Of a stretch of DNA of 64,000 nucleotides, positions 31,412 through 61,850 are shown piece by piece. A program made the position numbers and the translations under genes. Location: the NCBI RefSeq assembly GCF_009914755.1, contig NC_060929.1. The stretch is one strand, 5' to 3'. Position 1 is the stretch's first letter. The number at the start of each line of letters is the position of its first letter. The notes beneath the pieces are model-generated. The model saw only the letters and a list, made by a program, of their open reading frames with translations, had not been told where the DNA came from and did not search any database. This DNA comes from the human T2T-CHM13v2.0 reference genome, Homo sapiens.

Positions 31412-31625
31412 CAGTGGTTCTCAGCTATTACATATCTGAAGACATTTTTTATTGTCACAACCTGGGATGGGGTACTAATGGCATCTGGTGGATGGGGGCC
31501 AGGGAGGCCACTAAACATTCTCAGCACACAGGACAGTCCCCACCCCGCTGCACCCCCCACCCCCCACCCGCCATCACAAAGAATTATCTTAGCTCCTAAT
31601 GTCAATAGTGTCACTGTGGAGGAAT
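31412..31625. mobile_element. MER20 hAT DNA transposon
   Basis: cagtggttctca...attgtcacaac...ggcatctggtgg...cacaggacagtcccc...aagaattatc. Confidence 0.7.
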
Positions 31626-32677
31626 GCCCACCTCCCAAGACCACAAATAATTGAGTTTCCTATGTTTTGGTCTGAAGCAGTCACTAAGCTATGTAACAAT
31701 GCTGTCACACCATAGCTTATTTATTTTGGTTCTCTGGACCTGGCGTCTCTTTGTCCTTAGTTTTTTATAATAGTGGAGAATTTAGTGGTTGAGTTTTATG
31801 CTTTTCGCTGGCAGACTCGGATGTGTGCTTGCAGTTTATGTAATTGAATAACAGCCCCAGCTCATGGCCAAGACCTGAATAGATAGATACTCCCTAAATA
31901 TTTATAAATTGATTGTGCATGCTAAAGCCCAAATGGCTCTTTTTTAACTCTGGAGAGAGAAATGATTTTTGTAATTCCAGAGTTCTCGATGGGTCATGTT
32001 AACACCTTTACCTACTACTACGTAGATACTTCCTACTTGGAATAAATGGAGTTTATGCATGCGGCCCACATGTAGTATTTTGGTTCGGGAGGAGTAGGGG
32101 TAGGAAAGAAGATACTCACTACTTCGAAATCTCCTACCTTCACATGGATCGCATCTTCATCTTGTCCTGGTTGTAAGGACAGGCACATGTCTTAGTCACT
32201 CAATGACTCAAGTTTATCTTGGCTGTTAATAACAAGTCTATGTGTATCCCACCGTTAGCCAATTATCAGGACTGTCCAAAGCCCTAGGAAAGACAGAATG
32301 ATGGTGGTTTTCCAGTCTGCTTGGAGGTTGGAGTAGCATTTGGAAGCATCTGCATAATACTAACATATGTATCACTGGGTTTTACAACTTTCAAGAAGAT
32401 TACAGACTTGCAAAGGTGCCCCAAAGAATAGCCAGACACACCATGTGGTTTCACACCCCTCTTCTTTTGCACATGTTGTTCCTTTTACCTGAATTGCTTC
32501 TAACCACCTGCATCCTGGTTTTCCTGGAAAACTCATTTTTATCTTGCAAAACCTCACATCAGTCTGTCATACTCTGTGATTATATTCCAGACCCTCCTCT
32601 CACACACGTATTCAAACAGCATGCCCCACTCTATCCCAAAGTTTAAAGATGTCTTTCTCTGTACCACATCTGATATC

Positions 32678-33073
<396 letters not shown>

Positions 33074-33522
33074 TAGGTATATCTCTATGCTAGTCTCTAA
33101 TTTCCTGGAAGGTAGGAATTGTGTTATTCTTCTTTATATTCCCATTGCTTTGCATATTGTGGGTACTTCTTAGAACTTAAAAACAGAATTCTTATTATTT
33201 ATTTTGCAAGGCTCATTTAAAAAATTTGTGAAATGTTACTAATTAACTGGGTTATCTCTGGTAATGGGACAGAGATAGAGGTGATGGTAATTAAGGGAGA
33301 CTATGTAGATTGATTTTTTATAACAAGAATGTTTTTATTTACTTTTGTAATTAAAATGAATTATGTATGTGTATATGGAGGTTTTGTTTGCTGCTGTATG
33401 CTCATTGCCTAGAACAGTGTGGTCCATGGTGGGTGTTAAATATTTGTTGACTAAATCAAATAATGAATCTAAGAGCCAAAGGCAATAATATATGTGCAGG
33501 TATTTGGAGAGTCATTAAGTGA

Positions 33523-33854
<332 letters not shown>

Positions 33855-34702
33855 AACTATAGCTTATTATTACTGTCTCTGGAAACTAGACGCCTGGTGA
33901 GTGTCAGAGCAGGGGTTAGAATCCAGGTTTCCTTACTCCTGTTAGCAGATGGTAACAGAAGCAGCTGTAGAGCTGGCAGGGCCTGAAGCTAAAGTAACCT
34001 GAGGCATTTCCTTTAAGAATACCAACTTTTATCTTTTTTGCATAATCTGGTTCAAATTGTCAACCCTATTTTTCCAACTCATAGACATTTTTGCAGTAGA
34101 TATAATATGACTTATCACTCACTGGTAATATACCTCTAAAACTGTTCTGTGCTGCTTACAGAGCATTGTGTCAACCACTATAGTTCTGGAGTGCTTAAAG
34201 CTTATGCAAATACAGATGTGCACATGCTGTGTGCTTCTGAGGGAGATCTGTATGGGATCGTGGCATCGCTGAGTTCTAACTGATGGATTTCTCTTGGTCT
34301 GATTAGGTCCATAGGTCAGTTTGTGGTGGATACTCACAAGCACGTAGATTATCTGTTATATCTGTTCTTACTATCAAGTGGTGTCCTTTAGTTCCTACCA
34401 GCTAATAGATGGTATGTGTGGCCATTTATTTGTATTAGGATTTGACTAGTAGAATTACTCTCTTTTCTTTGATGAAGTTCTGAAACAATTGATAGATAAA
34501 GGAATGGTAGCTAGAGATGAAAATATCAACTTCATCATTTATAGAGCTGATATCAGAGAATGTGGCTTAGATACAGGACAACAATGTGATTTCTACTACT
34601 GAATCTCCTGAATCTCAGAAATAGACAGATTTATATACCCAGTCACAGGCTGTGAAGAACCACAGCCTCTCTTCATATACTTCATAGCACAAGGAATATT
34701 TA

Positions 34703-34737
34703 ATGTTGGTGCAAAAGTAATTGCGGCTTTTGCCACA
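34703..34737. mobile_element. MADE1 (Hsmar1 MITE) half element
   Basis: gttggtgcaaaagtaattgcggcttttgcc resembles the mariner terminal inverted repeat. Confidence 0.65.
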
Positions 34738-36671
34738 GTAGAATGGGGAAGAGTGATAAAGAGAAGCTAGGCCAGCATTGTTGTACTAATAGATGTACTT
34801 CTACTTGAGAAGAAACATCTGAGATGAGAAGTTAGTGTCTCAACTAACAAGTAAATTACTATCATGCATTTTAAGAAATTTTAACAAGCTAAAAGATATG
34901 AATCTTTACATCACATAGTTTACTCCTACACTCTTGTATAGATGACACAGGAAAATGTTGACAAACAACAACTAAAACTAAGCTGGGAGAACACTGATTG
35001 TGTCTAGTGATGCTGTTGTACAGGTGAGGGCTTAGGTAAGCACTCAGTTTGTTTTATGGTGGAGCTACTTTCAGTAGCAACATCCGTATACATCCTAGAT
35101 TTCAGATGATTAAAATAAGGCAATGTTAATTTATATTTATATCACAAATCTATAGTGCAGACCAAATTGATTAATTTGAAGTGAACTTTTAAGACCTTTT
35201 AAAAATTTGCACCATATGGTAATCTTGCTGTAAAAGACCACACCTAACATAGTGCCTACCTAGTACATAATTTGAGCTCATTACATACTTGTTGAGTGAA
35301 TAAATCTTGACTTAAAACAGATGATGCCCCAGGCAAGCAAACCACTCCTGTTAGCAGGCTGCTCTCAAATAACCATACTCACTCTTTTGAGTTGTATTTT
35401 TACTAAGGATCAGTTGTGATTGTTCCAGGACCTTTTTATACTAGTTATACTTGTTATTGCTGTAACATGATTTAATTAAATATTGCTTAAGCTGATGAAA
35501 TATGAGTACAAAAGTAAAAGAGCTGTTGTTCCTCTGAAAACAAAGGTGAATGCTTTAGAAAGACTTTATAAGGAGAGCCACCAAAAGAAACACTAAGGGA
35601 CATTGATTCCTGCTTACAGAAAGTTTACAGTCTTATAAAGGAGCTGAGATATACATAAAAATAACTTGAATGTAGGATGAACAGGAGAATATTACATTAA
35701 GATTCCAGAAGTTCAGAGGCAGAAATTTACTTTTGGCTTGCAGCATTATTGATGGATACATGGAGAAGTTGATATATGAGCTGGTCTCTAAAATAAATAA
35801 GAGATAAAATATACAAAGATGATTCATTCTAAGTGAAAAGAAAGATATCAGCAAAGGCATGAAGAGTGAAGCCTATGTTTGGCTGGATTATAGAGTTAAT
35901 GAATGGGAAGATAACCAGGTTTCAAATAGTAGAGGGCCCTAACTTCCAGGCTTCTAAAGTACCTGATCATTGTGATAACAGGATCCTTATTCTTTCCATC
36001 CACAATGATGTTGAATGGCCTTTAGTATATCTACAAAATGAACACTTTCTATTACGGCATAATTATGCTGTGTAACAATTTATTCATTCATGGTTTCATG
36101 AAATTTTTTCTTAACTCCCTAATGGCATAAAAGTTCCTTTTAACCTAAGCTATTTTATATTATAGTTTGCTGAACTGTTATTCAGCAATGCATATTTTTT
36201 TCAGCTAAACACATTAATATTAAATTAATTCTTGGTGAAATATTAATTGTAGAGTTAATGATTGCTTTTAAGAATTCCATTTTTTAAAAGACTCATATAA
36301 AACACTAACAGTTTGTATTAAAAGATCACAAGCTTTCTTGGTGTTTTATGGCTTAAAATATATCTTTCAAAGCTTGTAATATAAGCAGGATCATAGGTGA
36401 CTTTCCCATTTTAATAACAATTGATATTTAATGCATTCTAAAAGACTTCATGAGAAAGATATCCGACCTATTACATTCTTTTGTTTTATATACTTCCCGT
36501 TAGTGCACTGTGATTGCTTGAGAGAATAAAGCATCATGCAAATCTAAGGTATTTTTCATAATTATATTCCTATAAAGAACTTTAATGTTACTTTAACTGC
36601 TGATCAGAGGAAGGAACTACAAGTTCCTAGAATACAAATCTTGAGCTCAGTAGAAACAAAGTATAATAATA

Positions 36672-37002
36672 TAATCATGCTGCATAATGACATTTTGGTT
36701 AATGACAGACTGCATATACAACAGTGGTCCCATAAGATTATAATGCCATATTTTACTTAGTTTTTCTGTGTTTAGCTGTACAAATACTCACCACTGCATT
36801 ACAGCTGCTTACAGTATTCAGTACAGTAACATGCTGTATAGGGTTGTAGCCTAGGAGCAATAGGCTATACCATATAGTCTCTCTGTAATAGACTCTACCA
36901 TCTAGGTTTGTGTAAGTACACTCTATGATGTTCACACAATGATGAAACTGCCTAATGATGCATTTCTCAGAATGTATCCCTGTTGTTAAGTGACACGTGT
37001 TA
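36672..37002. mobile_element. Tigger3a/MER7A-like DNA transposon
   Basis: ggtcccataagattataat...agcctaggagcaataggctataccatatag...catttctcagaatgtatccc. Confidence 0.75.
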
Positions 37003-37849
37003 TACAAACTTAACCTTCAGATAAAAATAGAGAACCCATTCACTTCTTCAGAAGTGTAGGGGTTTTTTTAAGGAAAGAATGAGAGAATCAATTCAAAACA
37101 AAGATATTGATGAAGAAATGTGGGAAACTATTATTTTGGTAGCTCCTCTATGATGGCTACCCATTTCCCTCTTTAAAAGTTCAATTTGTACATATATGTT
37201 ACCTCCCTCATATTTTTTCACTTATAAAATGAGAAATATTATAAAACCACAAGGCTCTTTCCACTCATGATTCTAATAACTTAATTTTCAATAAGTTACT
37301 GGTTTCTGAGCTAAGATGAAATAGGTGTGCCTAGGAAGGTTGATCACAGCCTAAACAGGAAACAGGAATTTTTGGCATGGTCATCATATTCCAGAACCTG
37401 ATCCTTCATTTTGAAATATCAGATGTTATATTTTTTAGCACATTTAATGAAATTCATTTTTTGAGAGCTGGTTTATACTAATACAACTCACAAAAAACAC
37501 ATTTAGAAAAATATGTCCATTTAACAGTTGGAGATAAGAAGATCACCAGCAAATGTATTAAAGCACCATTCATAAATTATCTCATTTCCTTCCTACCATG
37601 CAAAGGGACATGAACACACAATGAAAATATAAATTAGAGTTTATCAGGGAAAATTCAGAAATGGAGAAGTAGTAGATCACACACAATCCTATAAGCTCTC
37701 ATCTCACAAAGAGTAATTCTTGCTCAGGGCATAGCTGGACTACTATGGGAAGGGAAGGGCTTATGTAGAAGAATGATGCTTATGTGATGCTTAACTTATT
37801 TATAGGGATGGCGGATATGGAAATAAAAGACAAAATGGAACTTTGTCAG

Positions 37850-42390
<4,541 letters not shown>

Positions 42391-43044
42391 GAAAGGGGAG
42401 CCTTTGACATCTCTGGTATCAGTCTGTTTGCTTGATCTAACTCAGATCAGCTGAACCTTCTTGCTCAACGCTGAAAGTGTGGAGGAAGTGAGCTTCCCAA
42501 GACATTATTTGTCTCACTACACTCCTATAGATAAATCTATGTGGGATGTTAACTGATAATCAGAAGGTTGCTTTGTGAGAATGCAGTCAGAGGGGAATGG
42601 ATGAGATGATTTTCATAGCCAATATCTTTTAACTATGAAAAGCTGATATTTACATAGATGGGAACACTGAATGGTATGGTGACCATTTCTCTTCTGTTAA
42701 TACATTGTTTCTTTAGACTGAGTGTAATACTGCCATGGCTTTACACATGCTAATACTGTATAATCATTCTCTAGTTCCTGTTGGCTCTGTCATTCAACTT
42801 TGGATCTCTCAGTGAGCCAGACTGTTTATTCATGCTACATTTTTTATATCCTATGACCTTTTCTTGGAATGACCTCCCCATCCTTACACCATCTCCTATC
42901 TTCATTCACTTAGCAAACTCCTATTTCTTCTTCTACAAACCAACTCAAGTATTTTCCCTCTGAAGTTTTCCCTTCTGTATGTTCTAATTGTATCTTGCCT
43001 ATCTTCTGTAATAGTACTTATCACACTGTATTAAAATGTTCTTA

Positions 43045-43575
43045 ACATTCAACTCAGCAATTCCATTGCTGGGTATAGACCCAAAGGAAAATAAATCATT
43101 CTACCAAAAAGGCATGTACACTTATGTTCATTGCAGCACTTCACAATAGCAAAGACATGGAATCAACCTAGGTGCCCATCAACGGTGGATTGGATAAAGA
43201 AAATATGGTACATATACACCATGGAATACTATGCAGCCATAAATAAGAATTAAATCATGTCCTTTGCAGCAATATGAATGCAGCTGGAGGCCATCGTCCT
43301 AAGCAAATGAATGCAGAAACAGAAAACTAAATATCACATGTTCTCACTTATAAGTGGGAGCTAAATTTTGGGTACACATGGACATAAAGATGGGCACAAT
43401 AGACACTGGGGACTACAAAAGTGGGGAGGAGGGAGGGGTAAGAGCTAAAAAACACACTGGGTACTATGTTCACTATTTGGGTGATGGGATTAATAGAAGC
43501 CCCAAACTCAGCATCAAACAGTATACCCATGTAACAAATGTGCACATGTTCCCCCTGGATCTAAAATAAAAATGG
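43045..43575 (+). mobile_element. L1 (L1PA/L1PB-type) 3' end
   Basis: caatagcaaagacatggaatcaacctaggtgcccatc...catgttctcacttataagtgggagcta...taaaataaaa. Confidence 0.88.
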
Positions 43576-43577
43576 AA

Positions 43578-43879
<302 letters not shown>

Positions 43880-44865
43880 TTAAAAACTGGAAATTAAAAA
43901 AGAATGTTTGGTTGTCTCTCCATATTAGATTTTGAATTTCTTAGAAGAAGGTTCTAAGTGCTTTATATTTGTACTCCTAGTATTTGAACTCAATGAAAGT
44001 TTATTAAGTTTATTAAGTAAAGAAATACATGAATGAATGAAAATGAGTAAGCAACGATTGAGTGAGTGAATCAGTAGGGCTCTCCTGTCTTGTGACCACC
44101 ACGTGTGTTCTCTCCTCAGCACTCATGAACTCATTCTAGCTGGTAATGAAAACTTCTCTGGTTGGGCACATAGAATTTACAATCAATAGTTAACTCTAAA
44201 TTGAACTTATAATTGAATTTTATAATGCTTCTACATTCATGGGCATTCAAAATGCTGACTTCCCAGATGCATGTCATAACCTTAATTTTTAATTTCATCC
44301 TATTTCTAAGTGACATGGAAGAGAGAAGATGTAGGATGAGTTGAAAGTTTTGTGGAATAGCTTTAATTAGGTATGTAAAAGAGCCTGAAAAAACAGTTTA
44401 AAATAAGATTCTGTTCAGGACCAAGATACAGTATTAATTCCTAATTAAGTTCAGCAGTTTAATACCCAAGCAAATGAGTGAGAGCAGAGTTGCGGGGAAG
44501 TGGAGAGACTACTTCTTCCCGACCCTTCACTCATGGCATGTATAGAAAATGATATAATTTATAGCACACTAGGGTGAATGGATCTGGCTGCTTGCTATTG
44601 CAGGCTAGTGGCCCAAGGGGCCTGGCTGCCCCAGGCTCCCCATGGCTGTGCTGAGAACTAAGGAGACCAGGATCTCAGGACAGCCATAACCCCTTTGCAG
44701 TAGACTGCTGGGGAAACTCTGAAGCTTAATAAGGGAAGTTGAGTGCACCTGCAAGGACTTATGGTCCTGGTCCCCACCCAACCTAACAAACCAGGAAGGG
44801 TTTGCAGTGAGAAAGAAAGATATGTGCTATTTAAGTGTCAGAGCTAGGATTGTTTAGGCCAGTGA

Positions 44866-45178
<313 letters not shown>

Positions 45179-45934
45179 TGATTCTGAATACATATTGTAG
45201 TCGCCTGGCAGCTTTTAAAATCTAAAAACATAGCAATGTGAAGACCAGACCCTCGTACAATTAAATCAGAATCTCTGTGGAGAAGGGTATGGGGCAGTAT
45301 TAGTATTTTTAAAAAAGTTTCCACAGGTGGTTTTTATAATGTCTCAGAGTTAAGGACCTCTGATATATGCAGAGACTGATGATAAAAACAGTTTACGAAG
45401 GGACATAAATCTAACTGTAGATTTTTTTTCAATTGTCTTAATTTAACACTTATGTTTCGTGTTTTTAACAGAAGGTTTTTTGTTTTTATTGTTGTAGACA
45501 GATGTAAGCCAGTCAGTAGCTGGGCTTCATCTTGCATATTCCTAGGAGGAAATATGTTTATGAAGTGATGGCAAACGCGGCTGCTGCATTGGTCAGGAAT
45601 GATAACCGCAGAGGAATTTAAACCCAGCCTTAAGGAGTAGGTAGAATTTACAGTTGCAGAAGTGGAGTATTGTCGGGGCTCTGCATTCTAAATGGAGGAA
45701 CAGCGTAAGTACAAGTGAGGAAGAGGTAGAAGACAATTTCAGAGAAGAGCGCTACAGAGTCTAAGATGGGGGCCCAATAGCAAATGAAGGAGCGGCCAAA
45801 GCCAGCCATCTCGGAAGGGATGAGAGACCAGTCCACGGACACAGCCTTTCCACACTTCTGTATCCTGTAGCAGCTGCAAGTGATCATGCCCAGGCGCCTT
45901 TCATCATGTGTCATCAGGAAGGCCTGACTACAGA

Positions 45935-46085
45935 TAACATTTATTGAGTGAGCACTAACTACATGCCAGGAATATTCCCTAAGCATTTCGCATGAGTTAA
46001 CTAATTTAATCTTCTCAACAAGCTCACGAGATAGGTTCTATTATTATCCCTGTTTTATAGATGAGGAAAGTGAAGCACAGTAGGT
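45935..46085. mobile_element. MIR SINE
   Basis: attattatccctgttttatagatgaggaaagtgaagcacag. Confidence 0.7.
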
Positions 46086-46841
46086 TGACATTTTTTGTGA
46101 CCTCTCTCTATTCAATGACCTGTTTTCTCTTTATCATGACTCAGAGTTCCCAAGATCTATTTGCCGAACAGTGAATTATTGTTAAAACAGGAATTTACCT
46201 GTAGGGGTAGGGTGCAGGTACACACTTGGAAAGAATGTCAGATAGGGATTAGAGAGCTAAGGATTTTGAACATCTTTTTTTTTTTTTTCTTCTGTGGATA
46301 TGAAGAATTTGCTGAGATTTTAAAGCAGGGGGTGGCATACTGAGCTGGTTAGTAAAGCCAGTCTGGGAGGATGCGGCACAGTGGGTTAAGAGTGGGGGAA
46401 AATGAGGTACCTGTGATACCAGCTGACCAGTTAGGAAGTTAATGGCAGTGACTAGGAGGGAAGTGGTGAAAAGCTGGGTGAGGTGGCGATCGTGGTAACA
46501 GAGAGAGCACAGATACAAGAGTTATTATGAAGATGCTGGTGACTAGAGTGGGCTTGAGTGACTGCTGAGTCCCGACAAGATCAGGAAGGCAATCCTGATG
46601 AGAGAAGGTGGTAAATTTAACTTTAGCTTTTTTGAGTTTGTGGAATAGTGAGTCATTCCAGCCTGGGATGTGTCATTGTATTGGGTATCCTGACTTTGGT
46701 TTTTAAACTTTATTTGATATACATCCCTCTTTTTGACATGGAAGGCAATATTGATGTCTGTATTTTAATTTCACATTAATCCTTTACCTGGTAAAAATGT
46801 ATTTACTTATTCTATTAATTAGTATTATTTTATTATGATAA

Positions 46842-57371
<10,530 letters not shown>

Positions 57372-57547
57372 TGAACACACATAATTAATAATATATATAT
57401 ACACATTTAATTTGCTTTTACATTTTCTCAATTTTAAAGATGATTAATATTTGATCATTGATCTTTAAGCAGAATGGTCTGAAAGCAAACTAAGAATATT
57501 TCTCCAAGAATTTAGTTAAGGTAGGCTTGACAGACATTCATTGAGTA

Positions 57548-58202
57548 CAGCCCACCCTCCTTATCCTTGAGTTCTGCATGCTTAGAATCAACCAACCGCA
57601 GATCAAATATATCCAGGAAAAACACACACACACACACACACAAAACAATAAGAGGGGGCTGGGTGTGGTGGCTCACACCTATAATCTCAGCACTTTGAGA
57701 GACTGAGGTGGGAGGATTGCTTGAGCCCAGAAGTTTGAGACCAGCCTGGGCAACATGGGGAGACCTTGTCTCTACTAAAAATACAAAAATTAGCTGGGCA
57801 TGGTGGCGCACACCTGTAGTTTAAGTTACTTGGGGGGCTGAGGTGGGAGGATCAGTTGAGCCCGGGAGGTCAAGGCTACAGTTTGCTGAGATCCCGCCAC
57901 TGCACTCCACTCTAGGTGACAGAGTGAGACCCTGTCTCAAAAATAAAATAAAATAAAAAATAAATAAAAATAACAGCAATAAAAATAATACAAATAAAAA
58001 CAATATAGTACAACTATTTACATAGCATTTATACTGTATCAGGCATTATAAGTAATCTAGAGATTATTTAAAGTATAGGAGAGGATGTATGCCGGTTATA
58101 TGAAAATACTATGCCATTTTATATCAGAGACTTGAGCATCTTCATATTTTGGTATCTGCTGACATCCTGAAACCAGTCCTCTGCAGATATTGAAGACAAC
58201 TG
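57548..58202 (-). mobile_element. MER2 interrupted by a (CA)n tract and a sense Alu (57657-~57995)
   Basis: ta|cagcccaccctcc...acaactg|ta termini; MER2 core in reverse complement. Confidence 0.78.
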
Positions 58203-58814
58203 TACACACTGTGTGCCACACATTTTTCTAGGCCTAGGGGCTAGCAAGAGAGACAACACAGGGTCACTGCCCTTGAGGAGCTTGGTATTTTATGGCAATA
58301 GTCCTTAACATTACCAAAAATGCCAAATAATTTGAAATTTAAAAAATTACCTTTGAGCAAAAAACTGCAAAAAGCAGTTTCCTTCCTATTTATCTACAAT
58401 ATCATCCTTTAAAGAGACACATTTACAATACATTGAGACATTTCATTGCAAGTTATATGTAAATAATACATTAAGACAGTTTAAGATTTTACTTTCTTTG
58501 TATTTCCTTTTAATTTATAAAATTCATGTTAGAAGCAGAAATTTTTTTGCATTCTTTCTGGCTATGTCTGTAGGACCCCAGTGTTCCAGATAAGTTAGTC
58601 CCAACATGTATCCTCCTGTAAGTAACTATAAATACTCCACTTCCCTGAGATACTATTGGAATGTAGTCTTTGAGACTCTCCTCTACCTTTCCATAGCCCT
58701 CCTACTGGTCTCACCATTCTCACCTCTTTAATCCATTCTCCATAGGGCAGCTGGAATTATCTTAAAATTACTAAATAACAATAACGATTGAGGATTTACT
58801 CTGTGCCATGCACT

Positions 58815-59133
58815 ATTTTTTTGTTTTTGTTTCTGTTTTTTAGAGACAGAGTCTCCCTGTGTCACCCAGGCTGGAGTGCAGTGGTGTAATCACAGCTCAC
58901 TGCAGCCTTGACCTCCCAGGCTCAAGTGATCCCTCTACCTCAGCCTCCCAAGCCCCAAGTAGCTGGGAATATAGTCATGCACTGCCACACTGGGTTAATT
59001 TTATAATTTTTTTTGTACAGACAGGGTCTCCCTGTGCTGCCCAGGCTGCTCTAGAACTCCTGGGCTCAAGCCATCCTCCCTCTTTGGCCTCCCAAAGTGC
59101 TGGGATTACAGGTGTGAGTCACAATGCCCAGTC
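58815..59133 (-). mobile_element. Alu (AluJ-like), antisense
   Basis: Reverse-complement Alu. Confidence 0.88.
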
Positions 59134-59949
59134 TTAAGTTCTTTATATACAGGATATCTTTTAGTCTTTCTAACAGCTCTGTCACTGTCATTAGTTTGCA
59201 GATAATAAAATCGTCTCAGAGAGTTTAAATGATTTGCCCAAGGTCATGGAAGGCGAAACTGGGGCTGGTACCCAGATCTTTCTGATGCCAGAGCTCATGT
59301 TCTTGACTATATACGCATACTGCTTGGCTCAGTACCTTGATAATGGTAGTGATTTTCAATATGATCATTCAATTAGGTCCTTGTTAAATAATTATCAGAC
59401 TCAATTTGATTCAACAGATAACATATTAGAATCTTGGCATTTTTTAACTCCCAAATTAATCCTTCTCAACTTGTCTGATATTGGTTCTAGTTCTCCAGGG
59501 TATAGTTTTGTTGAAACTTTACTTGTTAAAGTTTGGGGTTAGGGAGTAGGGCAACTTCTTTTGTGAAATCTCAGACGTCACATGCATGAGCTACAGTGGA
59601 AGTGGGCCCCATTCTGTGGTGATACTTTGTTTTAACTCACAACTACTGAGCACTGCCAGCAGAAAGAAGACTGAATTTTTTTGGTCTTCTTAATATGTTT
59701 TGTTTATCTCTATGAGTTTTAGATATTAAAAAATAATCATCTAAGTATTATCAATTTAAAACAAATTTTATAAGTAGAGAGATATGATGTCTCCTGCCTT
59801 AAAATCATTTTTAAAGTTTTTTTTAATTCTTGATCTTCTCTAAACAGTATGAGAAGGAGAAGGTGGGAACCCAGTTGACTAAAGCCAAGCAGCTAGCTTC
59901 ATTTCATTAAGTCAGCCATGAAGATTAGTAAGAGTTGTTTGGTTGGCAA

Positions 59950-60409
59950 TTCCTCCTCCTACTGCTCCTTTCTCTTCCTTCCTCCTCCTCCTCCCTCTTT
60001 CTCCTCCTCTTCTTCTTCTTCTTCTTTCTTCTTCTCTTCTTCTTCTTCCTCCTCCTCCCCTTCTTCCTCCCCCTCTTCCTTTCCCCCCTCCTCCTCCTCT
60101 TCTTCTTCTTCCTTTTTTCTTCTTTCTTCTTTGACAGGGTCTCACTCTGTTGCCCAGGGTAGAGTGCAGCGGCGTGATCATCATAGCTCGCTGAAGCCTC
60201 CTGGGCTCAAGCAATCCTCTCGCCTCAGCCTCCTGACTAGCTGGGACTAGAGACACATGCCATCACACCCAGCTACTTTTTAAATTTTTAGTGGAGACAA
60301 GATGTCAGTATGTTGCCCAGTCTGGTCTCGAAGTCCTGGCTACCAGCGATCTTCCCACCTAGGCCTCCCAAAGTGCTGGGATTCCAGGCAGTAGCCACTG
60401 CAGCTGGCC
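59950..60409 (-). mobile_element. Antisense Alu (AluJ-like) whose tail has become a ~180-bp (TCC/TTC)n tract (59950-60131)
   Basis: TSD-like gttggcaa(t/c)t at 59942-59951 and 60411-60420 encloses both the tract and the Alu body. Confidence 0.85.
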
Positions 60410-61724
60410 AGTTGGCAACTTTTTAAAAATAAAAATCAATTTAAAAAATTGTAGCTTGAGAATTTTCTAGCATCTTAAGGGCAGGCATTTGTGCCTGTTC
60501 CAGGAGCCAATGGCTGCAGTTACAGATCACCCAAGTCCTTGTGTCTCCTCCCCAGTCCATCCCCATCATGTGCTTATCTTTTGTCTGTTATTTATTTTCT
60601 TCATTTACTCACTCCCTTCCTGCATTCTCAGTGTTTATTTATCTCCCATTGTGTGTCAGGAACTGTGCTAATCATTGAGAGTGGAAAAAAAAAAGGAAGA
60701 TGGACTTGTAGATTCCCAAAATCAATACAATGTTGCGAAAGCCCAATGTTCTGAGAAACTAACCTTTTGGGAGTGAAACGGTGGGGTAGGAAGGGGAATG
60801 TTAGCAAAGGTGTCTCTAAAAGGTGATGCTTGGGTGAGCTTTAAATGAGATAGAGCTCTTCTAGCAGTCAAGGGCAGGGACAACATTCTAGAGCCAAGGA
60901 ATACCATATGAAGGCACACAGATGAGAAAGAGTGCAATGACGAAGCCTGTGTGATTGGAGCCTGGGGGCTGTGGAGAAGAGGTAAGGGCCATAGAGGGAA
61001 GTAGAGACCAGATCCTGAAGAGGCCCCCATCAATGTTGTATCTCCATCAGTCTGTGGTAGTGAATCAGACAGCTGAAGCTCTGCTATTTTTTCTGCTTTG
61101 TTATTTTTTAAGTTTAGCAAGATTGGCTGTTGCTAGGTTTATAATTATGGCTAAAGTGGGTACCATGCTCCCCTATCACCCCATACGTTTTCTAGTTGGC
61201 TATTACCCCTTGAGTATTTTAACCCTTTGAGGGTCATTAGAACTTTTAGGTCCCTTTAGTAGGCAGTTTCTCTCAGTTGGTATGCTAAATTTCGGGCCTT
61301 GTGGCACTCTGATCACCTTCTCAGGCCATTAGTATAAATGTGAAGAAATTACTCAGGTATATTGGACCAGTTTAGCAAAAAGACTCCTCTCTCAGAACAT
61401 ATAAAAACCAAGGTCTTACTAGAGAGAACGCATTCAAATCTATAGTTCATTAAAACAGGTATGTTTTGAGCTCATCAGTTTATCAAGAAAGTCCATTCTT
61501 TCACTTACGAAGATATACTGTCTTTGTGTAGTTGTTTTGAGGTTTTCACTCAAAACCTCCTAATTATCATACAGAATTATCTATAGTCAGATGAGGCAGT
61601 AAAGAAAATTTAAGGATTGATTTGTTAGTGGATATAGTATAGTAAGTCTCTACGAAACATACTAAATTTATAAGGAACTTGGAGCTCACTGGTTGAAGTT
61701 CTCTTCCTAAATGTCATATACTAA

Positions 61725-61850
<126 letters not shown>

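Noticed and set aside
44826-44838. 13-mer GCTATTTAAGTGT identical to 13187-13199
   Set aside because: A MEF2/NKX-like composite, but tens of 13-mer matches are expected by chance in 64 kb of AT-rich DNA, so it is not evidence on its own.
45790-45925. Minus-strand ATGATGA (C-box-like) suggesting a C/D snoRNA
   Set aside because: No properly spaced CTGA D box or terminal stem, and it is antisense to the host transcript.
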